Source of the DNA: Marsupella aquatica
Lineage: Eukaryota; Plantae; Marchantiophyta
Assembly (NCBI GenBank): GCA_973895155.1
Contig: OZ316892.1
Coordinates: 19,073,457-19,137,456, forward strand
Direction of reading: 5' to 3'
Length of the DNA stretch: 64,000 nucleotides
The position numbers and the translations under genes are program-made. The notes beneath the pieces are model-generated. The model worked only from the letters and a program-made list of their open reading frames with translations. It made no database searches and was not told where the DNA came from. Shown piece by piece: positions 39,515 to 52,349 of this stretch (position 1 is the stretch's first letter; the number at the start of each line of letters is the position of its first letter).

Positions 39515-41179
39515 GTATCCCTGAGCGCGTGTTTTCTGCTTGAATATAATGAGAAGTGTGAGAAGCTGGCGAATTACCGTAGGGAGACGAGAGGTAGCTT
39601 GATAATAAGCATAAGAAGCAAGATACATGACCATCTGAGCCAACGTCAGCTTTCGTTCTTTGCTGGAAAGAATGTTACCGCTTGTTTCAGGCATTCAATT
39701 TTGTTAGTCCTGATCGATTTCTGCGGTGCAGAACGAAAACTTTCCCCAAGAATCCTTAGTAGTATATGATTCGTCAGGAATGCCTCTGTGCAACGCTTAG
39801 ATGAACAGATGGCACGCAATTCGAACTTGCATCAGATTCTGTAGCTGGTTGCGGACAGGAGTTTGAAAAAATGTTTTCACGGATCTGAATTCCTCACGAA
39901 CATAATTACATTGACCGAAGGCGACAGCTTGTAAGCGACAAAAGAAATCAGTCGTCGAAAATCTGTTTCCGGCGATAGGAAAACTACGAGCAATGAAGGT
40001 CGCGAAATGATCAATTGTCCCCTAATGAGCTCAGTGAAGCCTGCAGAGAACATCTAGTTTGAATATTTGAGCTTCTCTAGGGGCTGATGGTCGTCACGAG
40101 TCGATTTCGTTCCGTAGTTGATGAGAAAAGAGCCCGTAAATCGATCCATTGGGAGATGACGAGTAGGCCTACGCTTAGGTCAATTGGCAGGGGGATGATA
40201 CAGAATATCCTTGCACCATTAAGGAAGAATTTCGTCAAGGATTTCAAGCTTACGACATAATCTGAGGATTCTTATCGTAAAATCCAATAACGCCACTGCC
40301 ATCTGTACTAGTAGATCTAAACTCTGATCTCTGCAGACGGCTCGTTCATTTTGACAGATCCATACACGACATTTTGCATGAATTTCTGCATGTCATCCGG
40401 GATAAATTACTCGAGAGCATGTTCAAGACTTGTCTCCTTGTGAAAAGATAATTGAATCCTCGAGTGCCTCGAATGCTGAAATCTATTCCAACGACCAAAC
40501 AGGTCTGTGGACAGTTCGTGTGTCTCCCGGGTACATGGATGGGATATGCCTGCGGTAGTATTTCGCACGAAGATAGCAAGAACACCGGCGAAGTCCTGAT
40601 TCGAGAATTCAGTTTACACTACAAAGCCTGGACACAACTAGCTGGCCTCTCTCTTTGTGGAATTCTTGGTGCAACTGTCACTTCTACGGAAGGATGATGG
40701 ATTGTGTGTTTCTTGCGTTATCGTTCTCCAGGTGCAATTTCAAGTGTACTGTCCATCGCAGCGTGTCGTGAAATCATTCCGTGGTTAGTTTAGCTCCCTA
40801 TACCATGTTCGGCTTGTAGGGTCAAACTATGGCTCAAGTACGATTATCCATTTTGCTCTTGGATGATCTCCGCGTTCGTTGAACATAAGAATTACACAAA
40901 CTCTTAGCCTCTCTATGTCGTAGAGACCCCTACGAAGAGAAGGAGCAACTCCTTCAGTCTGGTTTATCCTCTCTCTTACATATTTAGATGAAGCAATAGA
41001 CGTTGCCCGTCCAATTGTGCCGAGGAGTAATTCCATCGTCGGCCACACCAGTCAAAGCTAACAAGAATGGGGCATTGATTGCAAGAGGATTAATGCCATC
41101 GTCGTCCATACCATTTTAAAGCCAATGAGAAGGGGGCGGTCACAGGAAACCATTCCAGTTATCGATTCCAAAGACTTCT

Positions 41180-42020
41180 CAGACGAGAAAACAGAACACA
41201 AACAGAAAAATGGTGCTTAAGATTCTCGTGTCCTCTTCCTGGACATCAGGCTGGGCAGAACATATTGCAGTACCTGTGGATGACGAGGATGAAGAGACGT
41301 GAGAACAGATACTAACTGCATCGAGCTCTTTCTGCAATTCAGCATCCACGTCCCAATCCACATTCGGTTCAATCTCTCTATAGCGAAGGGGAATCCGCAA
41401 AGTCATCGTCACAATGTATGTCTTTCCTTCTCGTTCCAACAAATCCCAATGCACACCGCTCACAAGACTTCCAAGATGTTAAACAGGATCGGCTGGTTGG
41501 ATCAATCTGTCAGCCTACCTGCATCCAATAGGCATCAAAAGAATATCTTCATGTTCATCACAGTAAGAATTACAACTCTTTCTGTCCTCCAGATCCCTAC
41601 GATTCAGAAAGAGCCACTCCATTTCGGGTCAGCCCCGACTCAGGCTCTCTCTTACAGTTTCCTAATCATCAGACTAGGCAGAACTCATGCAGTACCTGGG
41701 GAAAATACTAACTGTATCAAGCTCTTTCTGCAATTCTCCCGTTGGTCGAGCCCCCCCTGGTGCCTCGCCCATCTACTCTGTAATATTTACTTGCATTAGT
41801 TGGACGAGAAAGTGGCCAAGAGGCATCCACTTCCCAATCCGCAATAGCTTCAGTCTCTTTGATGTGAAGCGGAATCTGCGAGCTCATTGTCACAATGTAT
41901 GTCTTCCTTTCTCGTTCAATAAAATTGCAATGCAATGCTCGATCTTACGAGGCTTCGACCAACCTCAAACATGATCGGCTGATTGGATCGAACTGCCTCT
42001 GAACTGTGGCTGCATCCACT
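41180..42020 (-). pseudogene. Degenerate gene-like relic with two diverged copies of an unidentified module
   Basis: EREGKTYIVTMTLRIPLRYREIEPNVDWDVDA (41.3-41.45 kb) aligns with ERERKTYIVTMSSQIPLHIKETEAIADWEVDA (41.8-41.93 kb). ELQKELD(A/T)VSI follows both. Stops and frameshifts are present. Confidence 0.45.
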
Positions 42021-42375
42021 AATGGTCGAAGCATACGGTGCCATCCACGACGACATTATACCCATTTGGCTTCATAGACGATCTTAAGTTCTCGTTCGAT
42101 CTTGTTGGTGCGTCGTCAACGTTGGTGTAGAGCCAACTCTTCCAGTTCTGGTGCAATCGGATGCGGGTGTACATCAGTCTGGCAAATTTGATTTATCCCG
42201 AATTCTGAACAGGAAGCGCAATCGCGCATCAACTACTTACCTGAAGCCATCGATTTCTCATGCAAATACTCATCACACATTGTTCGCCATGGAACAGCCG
42301 CTCCAACCTACTTGCAAGGAAGATGCGCCCAACCTAGTTTGCAAGGAGGAGGAGTGGGTAACCCATGGCCCCAAG

Positions 42376-42662
42376 GGGGTTTCATGGAATGTCATCCAAG
42401 AGGGCTGTGAGCGAGGGGGTTTCATGGGATGTAATCCAAGAGGGCTGTGAGCGCGAGGGGGTTACACCCACGCCACTCGAGGGTCAGGTTTCATGGGTCT
42501 GGGAGTGAGGAGTACAGATGTGTGGGGTTACAGTCAGATGTGTGGGGTTACAGCCACGCCACACTCGAGGGTCAGGGCCAGGTTTCATGGGGCTGGGAGT
42601 GAGGAGTACAGATGTGTGGGGTTACAGCCACCACTCGAGGGTCAGGGTCAGGGTCAGGTTTC
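42376..42662. repeat. Short nested tandem repeats just left of the Harbinger element
   Basis: GGGGTTTCATGG.ATGT.ATCCAAGAGGGCTGTGAGCG x2, and CCACTCGAGGGTCAGG...GGGAGTGAGGAGTACAGATGTGTGGGGTTACAG x2-3. Confidence 0.75.
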
Positions 42663-43118
42663 AAAATGTTTAAGCCAATAAGATTACAGCTTGTCCACAA
42701 ATTGATTCCTACTTTTGATCTTAAGGGACACTTTACAAAACGGGCGCCGCACTTCACTTCTCTTTTACACTTGATATTTTTCATCTGAACCGTTCATTCA
42801 ACCTGCCCGGGCTGATGCTGCTTTAGAAACTTAGTGCAGCAAGTTGTGAGTCGGGGGTCCCCGAACCTGCGTGTGCCCATGGTTCAGGTACTTTTCAACA
42901 GGCCTGGGGCTCTCAGCCGGGCGGAAGGCTATCGCACCAAAGGAGGTGCGATAATGTTCTGGCCGTCTTGCCCTTGTGATTTCCCATTATTCTCGGTATT
43001 GGTTCAGCTGAAAATTAATGCTTCCCGCGAGCGATTCGAACTTGGGGGCTGGGAGGGAGCTTTGAGAGAGGCTTCAAATTACAAATTTCAAGTAGTTGCA
43101 TTCTTCCGCGCCCCTACC

Positions 43119-43580
43119 ATGGAGGACAACGACAATATATGGTCCAGCAGCTCCTCATCTGGGAGCACTTGTTATTCAATTTCGGATTTTCCAAGAAGAG
43201 ATCGCAACAGTGTTGGAGTTCACGACAGTGTAGACATGGCAGGAGTTGGTAATTTGTCTTCTTGGCATGAGAAGATGGGATCAGCACCTGTAGTGCCAGA
43301 TTCTCAATTTTCGCAGGATTTTTCCCAAGGACCCCACAATATGTCCAATGCAGAGTTTATGGCACTCATGAACGACCCTCCATTGGTTTCACGATTCCCT
43401 GCCCCTCAGTTGTTGCCCGTTGCTTCCTCTGGTCCTTTCTTCTCTCAATCAACTTCATTTGATCAGCAGTCGTGCCTGGGAAATCCATTCTGGTCCGAAG
43501 CAAGCCAGGAAATTCACTCTATGCAGATGCGCCAAGCATCAGAGAATGCAATTTGGCAGGGCTCCAAGACATACAAGTAG
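43119..43580 (+). pseudogene. Probable truncated Harbinger ORF1 (Ser-rich N-terminus; no Myb/SANT domain seen)
   Basis: ORF MEDNDNIWSSSSS... lies inside the TIRs, convergent with the transposase, in the position expected for the second Harbinger ORF. The identity is inferred from position only. Confidence 0.45.
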
Positions 43581-43726
43581 GGCTCTCAAATGTACTGCAT
43601 TTTTGCAAAGAGCATTGTTTTCATGTAATATTGAATGGCATCCATTGAATGGCAATGTTTATTACACATAGATAGCTCAAATGCTCAACATTGCTGTCGT
43701 TCATAACCTACAGATTGTCAACAATG

Positions 43727-45211
43727 CTATTCTGCAAAAGTGCCATCCTCCTCTTCAGCTGAGTTCACCTCTTCGAAAAAAGCACTAGGCAAATCCACCT
43801 GTTCTTTCAAGTGGCGGCTGAACAAGACCTGAGCCATCTGTCTGTGCATATTGATCCCTCTCTCTAAAGCTCCTACATCAGAGCTATTTGAACTGTGTAA
43901 GTCATTGACAAAGTGAGGGTCTGGGGCTGCTGCTTGTTTGATAAGCTCTTCAATGTCGATGCGTGCTCGGTTCACCTCAGACCGACCATAGTCCATAATC
44001 TTCATTGTGCCCACTTGCTGCAAATTCCCAAAGCTTCTAATCTGTTGCATCTTCAGCCATTTCTTGGCTTCTTCGACCATCTGCTCATCAATAAAGTCCT
44101 TGTGTGCCACACATAGATTGTGCAAGCAAATACAAGCTGAAACAATGACAGAGACGTGTTCAATGCACATCTCAATCCTCCTCAACAAAATCCACCATCT
44201 CCCCTTCAAAACTCCAAATGCTCATTCCACACACATCCGGGTGCTGCTTTGTATAAAATTCCAATGGGCCTTGTGTGGTTGGAGTTGCTCTGTACTCCCT
44301 TTGAAAGGAACCCAGTTCCATTGCCTGAATGGATAAGCAGCATCTCCAATGATTTTATAAGGAGCAAAACTCCCTGTCATTATAGCTCTACCAAAATCTG
44401 AATGAATAAACATGGTATAATCATGCAGTGAGCCTGCCCACCCGAAATCCCAATCCCAAAATGATGTATTCACATCAACAATTCCTTGGAGAAGTACAGA
44501 ATAAAATCCTTTTCGATTGTAATAAGGTGTTGGGTCCCATGGTGCTGGAGGTGCTATGATAGGAATATGGGACCCATTTATGGCTCCCATGATGTATGGG
44601 ATACCATGCTTGGCTTCAAATTCACTGGCTAAGGTTTTCAGTGTTTCTGGAGTCCACCTCTTTACCACTAGTGGACGAATGATCTTCACAACAGCTTCAC
44701 AAAACTCACGGACAACAATGGATGCCAAGCCTTCAGACATCCCAAACATATCAGCACATGCTAGCAGATAATTGCCAGGGCCAAGTCGGTTCAGGGATAA
44801 TGCAACTCTGGTTTCTAATGGAATCCCACCCCTTTTATTACTTTTCTGCAATGCTGGTGCTAAAAGGGAACATAAATAATAAAATGTGGGCTGACTTACC
44901 CTTACCCTTCGCCTGAATTCATATTCAGAATGGGCCCGTAGGAGAATTTTATCTACAAAAGGAGAGGATCGTTCAAATCTCCACACACACCTCTGTTTCC
45001 TCCAAATCCATCGTCCCTGTGCAAACATAGACTGCGAGAGCAAGAATTGTGAAAGCATCTTGAACGATTGAATTGTGGACATGGCGGTGGTAGCCAATAC
45101 TAGAGCAGCTTGGTTTGTCTGATTGTTGTGAATGATGATGATTTGGACAACTAAGTTTAGAACTATGAGAATCAAAATTCTCTGTCTCCTATCAACCTGA
45201 AAATTAAACAA
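43727..45211 (-). pseudogene. Harbinger/PIF (HARBI1-like) transposase, inactivated
   Basis: Motifs GAINGSHIPI, YYNRKGFYSVLLQGIVD, GWAGSLHD, IIGDAAYP, RMCVE*AFGVLKGRW and ACICLHN are present. An in-frame TGA at 44222-44224 replaces the Arg of VERAFG. The first catalytic Asp (GAIDG) reads Asn. Confidence 0.92.
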
Positions 45212-48200
45212 ACAAGAAGTTCAATTACATTTATTCAGGGCGTTTCTCTCAAATCAGGAAGTTCATGAAATTTGGGAAATACCTTACAATGCATTCAGAC
45301 AATACGTAGCTTCCAATTTGTAGAGTTGCAACTGGAATAGAGCATGACAGGCAGATGTTGACAGGGAATAGAGCATAGTACATATTGACAAGGAATAGAG
45401 CACAACAGAGAATAGAGCAAGACAGGGAGCTGATTACAATTTACAATACGCATTCTTAATTCAGGAAGTTTGATAAGTGCTCACCTCCCTACTGGCATTG
45501 GACAGAGTAGAGTTCGATGTTGCTTCTTCTGCTTGATGTCCCGGGCTGCAATGTCTCGTCGCCTCCAGTTCTTCACTAGCCTCGTGTTCTTCACTTGCCC
45601 CTAGACTGGCTCTCTCGATGTCCATTTCCAATATACTCACAGTGTGCTCGAAGTGAAAACCTAATATTTTGTGCAAAGTATGCACTTTGTGTGCACTTTC
45701 ATGAAGGTTCGTTTGATCCCGACGTTTTCCCTTTGTAAACTGTTTGCTGCCTACGATGAGTTCCTGCCAGCCCTATAGCTTCCCACGTTTGGGATGGTAA
45801 AGGTTCAGCCTGCCCGGTCTGTATTCGCTTTACACCAAGTCTGCAGCAGTATACCCGTTTTTAGGCCTTGGTCAGGTCTGGAAATTAGCCGTACATAAAA
45901 ATCTGGGCTCTCTTTCAGCTCTGGTAAAAACCTCTAAAACTACGGCGCCCGTTTTGTAAAGTGCCCCTAAGTCACATTAGAGAATCAGACCAAGTCTCCC
46001 AGTATCGCACGAGGCATAACATACTGATATAAATGATTCAAGGAGGTGGATAAAATTCAAAATTAAAATGAAAGATTCAAAAGATGAAATATTATTAAAG
46101 AAAGGGGTTATTATCATTTTCTAATGTGTAAAAGACAAAGAGGAAACCCTCACAGAGCAAATACAAAATTAAATTATCATTAAAAAATAATCAGCATTCT
46201 GTGCAGGTAAGGTGGATGCTCCATAATAGCATGTTGCTGGTTAGTAAAGCTGCTTTCAAGACAATTCAAAAATAAATCACAATTAGTACTCAAATTCAGT
46301 GCCCTACTGAGGGATATGATAACTTTGCAGACCTGTATTAAGTAGCATGGATGAGCCGAGGGACAAGCGGCGTCCAACAACATTGCCTTTTGAAATGGTG
46401 CCCAAGGTGGCATGTATGCTTTTGACAGATTATTAGAAGAACCTACTATGCAAAGTAGGGGAAATTCCACGATCTATTCCCCCACTTTCCATAGTAGGTT
46501 GCTCTACTAGTCTGTCTCTTTTTGTGGACCCTTTGATCTTTATCTCCAAAATCTTGTTCAGTAGAGACCTTGGCAAAAAAACTCGCTTCTCCAAATTGTC
46601 GAAAACATTCACCATCTCGTGGCCAGGGAAATCTTTGAACAGAACAGTCGGAATTGTGTGGTCCAAGGAGATCACTCGATTGGGCATAACTGTACCATAT
46701 TACGTTGGGCATCATCAGTAGGGACAACGAGATACACCTGCAGGACACCATTTGCCTAACATTATTTTCCAGGGGAAAAATCTGCGAAGGTTTGTGCAAC
46801 TTCCATAGACAAATGGAAACAATGCTACTCCAACAGTCATATGGTAAGCTGCCATGGTTCGAAAAGCTGATAGCAACCGGAATCTCCGTTTATCCCCAAA
46901 GAAAAGAACCATGTCGAAGCTGTTAAAGTAAGAATTACAAGGTTATCATCTCAAGTTGGACAAGTCGTATCCTTCAAATACCTATGATCAAGAAATGAGT
47001 AATGAGCTTATTCAATTGGAATCTGGCCATGGCAGAAGCCATGAGACCACATCGGCTTCTTGATCGATGTAGCAAAGGGTGCTCCAACCTGAGACATACA
47101 ATCTTGTAAGTACGAGTCGGTGCACTGCTTGTAGACGAGCTGTCTAGTTAGCATCGCTGACAAGTAAGAATCCTAGCAATTTCCAACCTACCGCCGATGT
47201 GTATGTAGAGCAGCAAAATTCAAATCGAATTCCAGCAATCATTGCCCCGAATAGCTGACTGGATGAAAGAATTCAGTCAACGAAGTCATTTTACAGATAC
47301 TAAGTCCCCTACCTGTGCACAGCTTCGGTACAGGGAAACGGCAGTCTTCAAATGCCGGCCTCCCCAAGATCTGTTATGGACGATGGACAGCAGATCTGCA
47401 ACACACAGTTATGTACTGAGGTTGATTAGAATGGAGGGGGAAACAAAAAATGATTTGTCCTCGGCACTACTGAAGATCTGAGGAAAATGATGGAAATCGC
47501 ATACAAATCTGGAAATTCTCCTGAACCAAAGAAGAAAAGAAACACAACTGTCTTTAAATGACAGTGATCCAAGTCTAGGCCTATCTATGTCTGACAAAGG
47601 AAAGCTCAGTTTACAGACTGCCATTGAGAGCAGGATGCCCCTCCCCAGGCAGGATGTTGCAAGTACTCTACCAGATTTAGTGACGCTGTAGGAAACCTAA
47701 ACTTATGAGGCTCCCGGAGTACAAGTTTCGTATACTGGATGAACCACCCGAAGCCCGCTACATACCCTACGATTTGCAGATTCGAGACCTCGAGTTGTAG
47801 GTTTGACGGCTCAATTGTATTCAAAATAACATAGGTTGCAGATACAATACCAATACTGATGGTCAGCTGATAACCGACAATAATGGTCAAGCATACTCAT
47901 ATTATATGAGAACTCACATTCAAACCAGCTCCTTTTGCGTAATGCATCCGTACTCACTGCCAGAGCACTCGGGTGCCCTGATCCAGTCAACGATTCACCC
48001 AAGTCTGCAGGAACTCTTCGTCGTAGATGGCACCCACGGTTTCGGGATTGCACGATAGGGATCATCTGGATACCCAATAATTTCTGTAAGTGAAACTTGG
48101 GTACTTTGATCTCGCCTCCTAGTTTACCCGTTCGTTGGTAATCTTAACCGTGGTAACTACCCGGCTCTGCGAGACTCTGTAGCATCCACATCCTGCACAT

Positions 48201-50374
48201 CGCAGAAGGCAAGAAGAATCTAAGTCGATGGAGTAATTAAGGGCATGTACGGGTGCACACCCATTCTAAGGACTCACATGCAAGGAAAGGTTAGTTCTGC
48301 AATCAATGAACAGAAATAGACTCAACCTGTGACGAGTAACACTTGAACTTCTCGATCTAATGAAACCTTGACAATGATTTCGAATTGACTCTTCTTTTCT
48401 AATGGAAGAAACTGAGAACGGGAAACTTGGAGCTACCAACTGCATATGCCGTGCTGGCTATTTAAACCTCAACTTCAAGGCATCATCTCTCAGAATTGAA
48501 TCACATCAAGTTTTGACATCAACGGTGAGAATCAGTACATACGCCTGTATCGTCCTTCCTTATAGGAATATAAGCCACATTGCAGTAGAAATTCCATTCC
48601 GATACCGAGCTTCGAAGTTCATGGAAATTAAGAACAATTGAATGAATTGAGAACCTCTCACCGTTACCTAGTCTATCGTAGCGCACAATTCTCTCAACGG
48701 TTAAAATGATCAAGATGAGAATAAAAAAATAAACAAAAGAAGCGAAAGGATTCACATTGATCATTGAAGGAACCCGAAGGCACTAACCTGAACTTCTAGT
48801 TGACAATCCGATCTCCTTACCAAGAGAAACACGTCATGAGTAGGCCCGTACCTATATCGAACAATTGTGAGGTGGACCTTTCCCATCACTCATTCTCATG
48901 GATGGATCCTGAGGGAGACACCCATGCGGGCACATGCACAGAGTTTTGGACCAAGTTGGAGAGTGGACGTCTACTTGCGCGCCCTGAATTACCAGAAAAG
49001 GAAAAGCAACATACTTAACGTGGTTCGACTCAAACTTTATAAAAAAAACGAACTCAAACTTTACTATGACACAAAATATAAAGAGAAATGATTCGACTGC
49101 CTATATATAGTAGAGTGATCGGCCTTGATAGCGCAGTCGAATCATCATATTTCAAACGTCATCGCGTTTGCCCTCTCGACTGTCCAATCTAAATCAATAT
49201 CTAGAAGAGGTTAGCTTGTCAGAGGTACAGAATCTGAAGGCGGGCAGCCTTAATTCGAGAACACTCAATGACAACACAGAATCTGAAGGCGGGCAGCCTA
49301 ATTCGAGAACACTCTATGACAACTATTGCAATCTAAATCCAAAACTTGGTCGTGTGGTACGTAAGCGAGATACACTCTATCTATCGTAATGCACATACTC
49401 CATCTACGTGAAAGCATTCCACTTCTCCATGCAGTTTCTATATTACCATGGAGGCCCAACTCTCTTAAATCATTGCACAGACCTCAGGTTTGAGACCCCT
49501 CACTAATTTTTTTCTCGAGCGATCGACCTGCTATTAGAAGTGACCACTGCCTCATATTGCGCAGAACTACGTCGCCATCGTCTCCGGCAGTGACCCAATG
49601 TGATAACCCACTTGCGTTCTCATTGCAGAACAACGGCTCGAGGAATCGCCGCATTGAAGACTTCGCTCGGCACGTTGTTGACGGCCTCGCACTACTACAT
49701 GGACCTGGGATGATGCTGTTTCGATGGACCTACCTCTCGTATCAGCCTCTTGCCGTTTGCCATTTGAGCAGTGGCTGAATCGCTCACATGTCCAGCCGAC
49801 CACTCGATAGAATAATGATAGGCTGATAATTGGGAAAGCCCACTGCTGTTTTTGTATTGAAGCCCCGGCTCAGACGAGAACAGCTTACAGCTCCTTGATG
49901 CAATGCAGACATCGTCACGTCGCCGTGCCTCCCGTCTCGAATGGTGGGCCACAAGTTAGAGCATGCAAATTCGGAGCGGAGTGGAGACCGAATGCCACGT
50001 GCAGAGACTTTAACTCGTGCGATCTTCGACAACCAGGCAAATTTCGTGGCTCATAACTAGTCCTCGCAGTGCCGGCTATTGCACACCATCCACTTCGTCT
50101 GCCCCCCTTCCGCATTGGCTGAGCAGCTGAAGCTCAGTTGCGGGCCACCCATTTTTCAGTTGCCGACCACCAATCGCGATGGGCATGAGCTCAGCGAATC
50201 GATCGTCGGGAACATGATCGGCCTCGCCTGCTGTCAACTCCAAAGCACAGTGCTCAACTGGCCAATCGATGATAGTTTGTTCGTGGGTGTAGGGACTCTA
50301 GGAGTCTAGGCCTCTCCAACGTCTGACGCGCATGACCAGAACCAAAAAGGTGGAGCCTGTTCTTGTGGTATATT

Positions 50375-50785
50375 TACCTCTTCTTCTATTTTTCTTCCCC
50401 CACTAGTGGGAAACTCAAGCTAGTATGGACCACCAAGTTGGACACACTGCTTCCATTTTGGTGGTCCATGGGAGTTTGGGGCCATAATTTGATGATTCGG
50501 ATATATTTTCTTCTTCTTCTATTTCTCGTTTTTCCAGTTGTGTGAAACTAAAGTTACAGTGGTATGGACCACCAAGTTGGACAGAGTGCTTCCATGTGGT
50601 CCATGGGAATTTGGGGCCATAATTTGATGATTCTCATATATTTGCTTCTTCTTCTATTTTTCGTTTTCTCACTGTTGGGAAACTGAAGCCAGTATGGACC
50701 ACCAATTTGGACAGAGTGCTTCCATGTGGTCCATGGGAGTTTGGGGCTGATGATTCTGATATATCTTCTTCCTCTTCTATTTTTT
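50375..50785. repeat. Tandem repeat, about 130-140-bp unit x 3
   Basis: GTATGGACCACCAAGTTGGACA.A.TGCTTCCAT...GTGGTCCATGGGA.TTTGGGG...TGATGATTC...ATAT..CTTCTTC.TCTATTT occurs three times. Confidence 0.85.
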
Positions 50786-52349
50786 GTTAGCAAAAGCAAA
50801 GGAAATCTTTCTAAAGAGGTCATCCAGATCTTCAGGGGGGGTATTATGCTCCAGAATGCCCTGAAAAATACAAAGGGGAAATCACGAAGGGCATTAAGAT
50901 TTCTAAAATGAGTTTTAGTTTTACAACTGCAAGAACTAAAGAAGGAGAAGACATTAAAAAACACAATCCCATCCCAGATATTTCATATTAAGACAATGAA
51001 AATTAATCTGACAACTTTGGCATTCAGCATTTTATGATGGAAAATCAACCAAAATGGTCTAAACTTCACTATCACTTTGATAAAAGTGTACTTACCTACT
51101 AGCATATCCCCCAAAACTAAAAATATTTATATGAATTTATGAATATCAAGTCATTACAGCTCAAATTTTGGAAATGTGATTGATCGGGTTTCAAAGACCA
51201 ACCTTGTGGTCCATGGGGCTTCAAATTCACATATACTGCAAGGCGTAAACAAAGAAGGGAAGTTAAAGTTGCAAAGAAGTGAGAATTGGTCAGACCTGGA
51301 TGGACCAGCATGAAACATTCAAATAAATATGTCCAAAAATTACTATATTAGTGGACATATGACCATTTCTATCCAAAAGGAATCCATATGTGGTAACATC
51401 ACCAATGATTGATTGCAAGTTGGTTTCATTGTCCCAATCACCTTCTCCCTTATCACCAATGATTGACTGCAAGTTGGGTTCATTCTCCCAATAACCTTCT
51501 TAACTCCAGATGGTTACTGCATCCCTTTTTTTGGTTTTCACTAAGAAATAAAATAAAATCTAAGATACATGTGTATCTTTAAGAAGTCAACTTCATCTGG
51601 CCTTATGGTCCCGCTTATGGTACATGAAACTCTTAGTAGATTGAACATTTCATATTTGCACATAGAGTCCAAGTGGTTTGTTCAACAGTACAAAACAAAA
51701 TTAATCCGTGGACCCCCATGTTCATCCAAGGAATGTGTGTGATAAAGTGAAATCAATTTTCCACAAGGCGGTAATCGATGGTTTTGAGTCTCCCGATGAT
51801 CTTGGTGTGTGCTCGTACCAAAGAGAACGCTCGAAACGATAAAGGAGATCTATCTAGTTGAGATGATTTCTTTGGTTCATCAAACTAAAGGTTGAATGTA
51901 GAGGAATTTTTTGGACTGTTTTTCCTCACATATTGGAGAAATAGTGTTTCTACCATTCCCGATTGATTGTTTGTGAGTTACAATGAGCATTACTCTTACA
52001 AGATAGACCGGAGAACAACACTTAGCTGTTGGCAAAAGGGTGCTTGTCATTTTGATGGGAAGAACGCACAAAACGGATGAGCCATCACTTCACATACAGG
52101 TTTTGTAATTTTTTTAATTGAAGAAAGTTATTGTGTGAGGGGGAGACCACCGATTGTTTCTTTGACATAGAGACTGCATTTGGCGTCAGCCTGTGTTCAG
52201 AGTGAGCTTTGTTGAAGCCTGAAGGGATGCAAACAATTCAAGTCGGGAAACAAGCGTTGTGGACAAGCGGTGATGATGTAATCGAAGAAATCAATTTGCA
52301 ATGGCTAATTTGTGACGTTGACGGGATTGTGATGTCTCATAATAGAGAA

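Larger units (their letters stand above)
42725..45967. mobile_element. PIF/Harbinger DNA transposon, both termini present, defective
   Basis: Left TIR GGGACACTTTACAAAACGGGCGCCG (42725-42749) and right TIR CGGCGCCCGTTTTGTAAAGTGCCCC (45943-45967) match at 24/25. A TAA target-site duplication sits at 42722-42724 and 45968-45970. The element encodes a DDE_Tnp_4-type transposase. Confidence 0.95.

Noticed and set aside
43727-45211. Domesticated HARBI1/ALP1-like host gene
   Set aside because: It is flanked by TIRs and a TSD and has an internal stop, so it is a decaying transposon. Stop-codon readthrough is unlikely to matter because a catalytic Asp is also lost.
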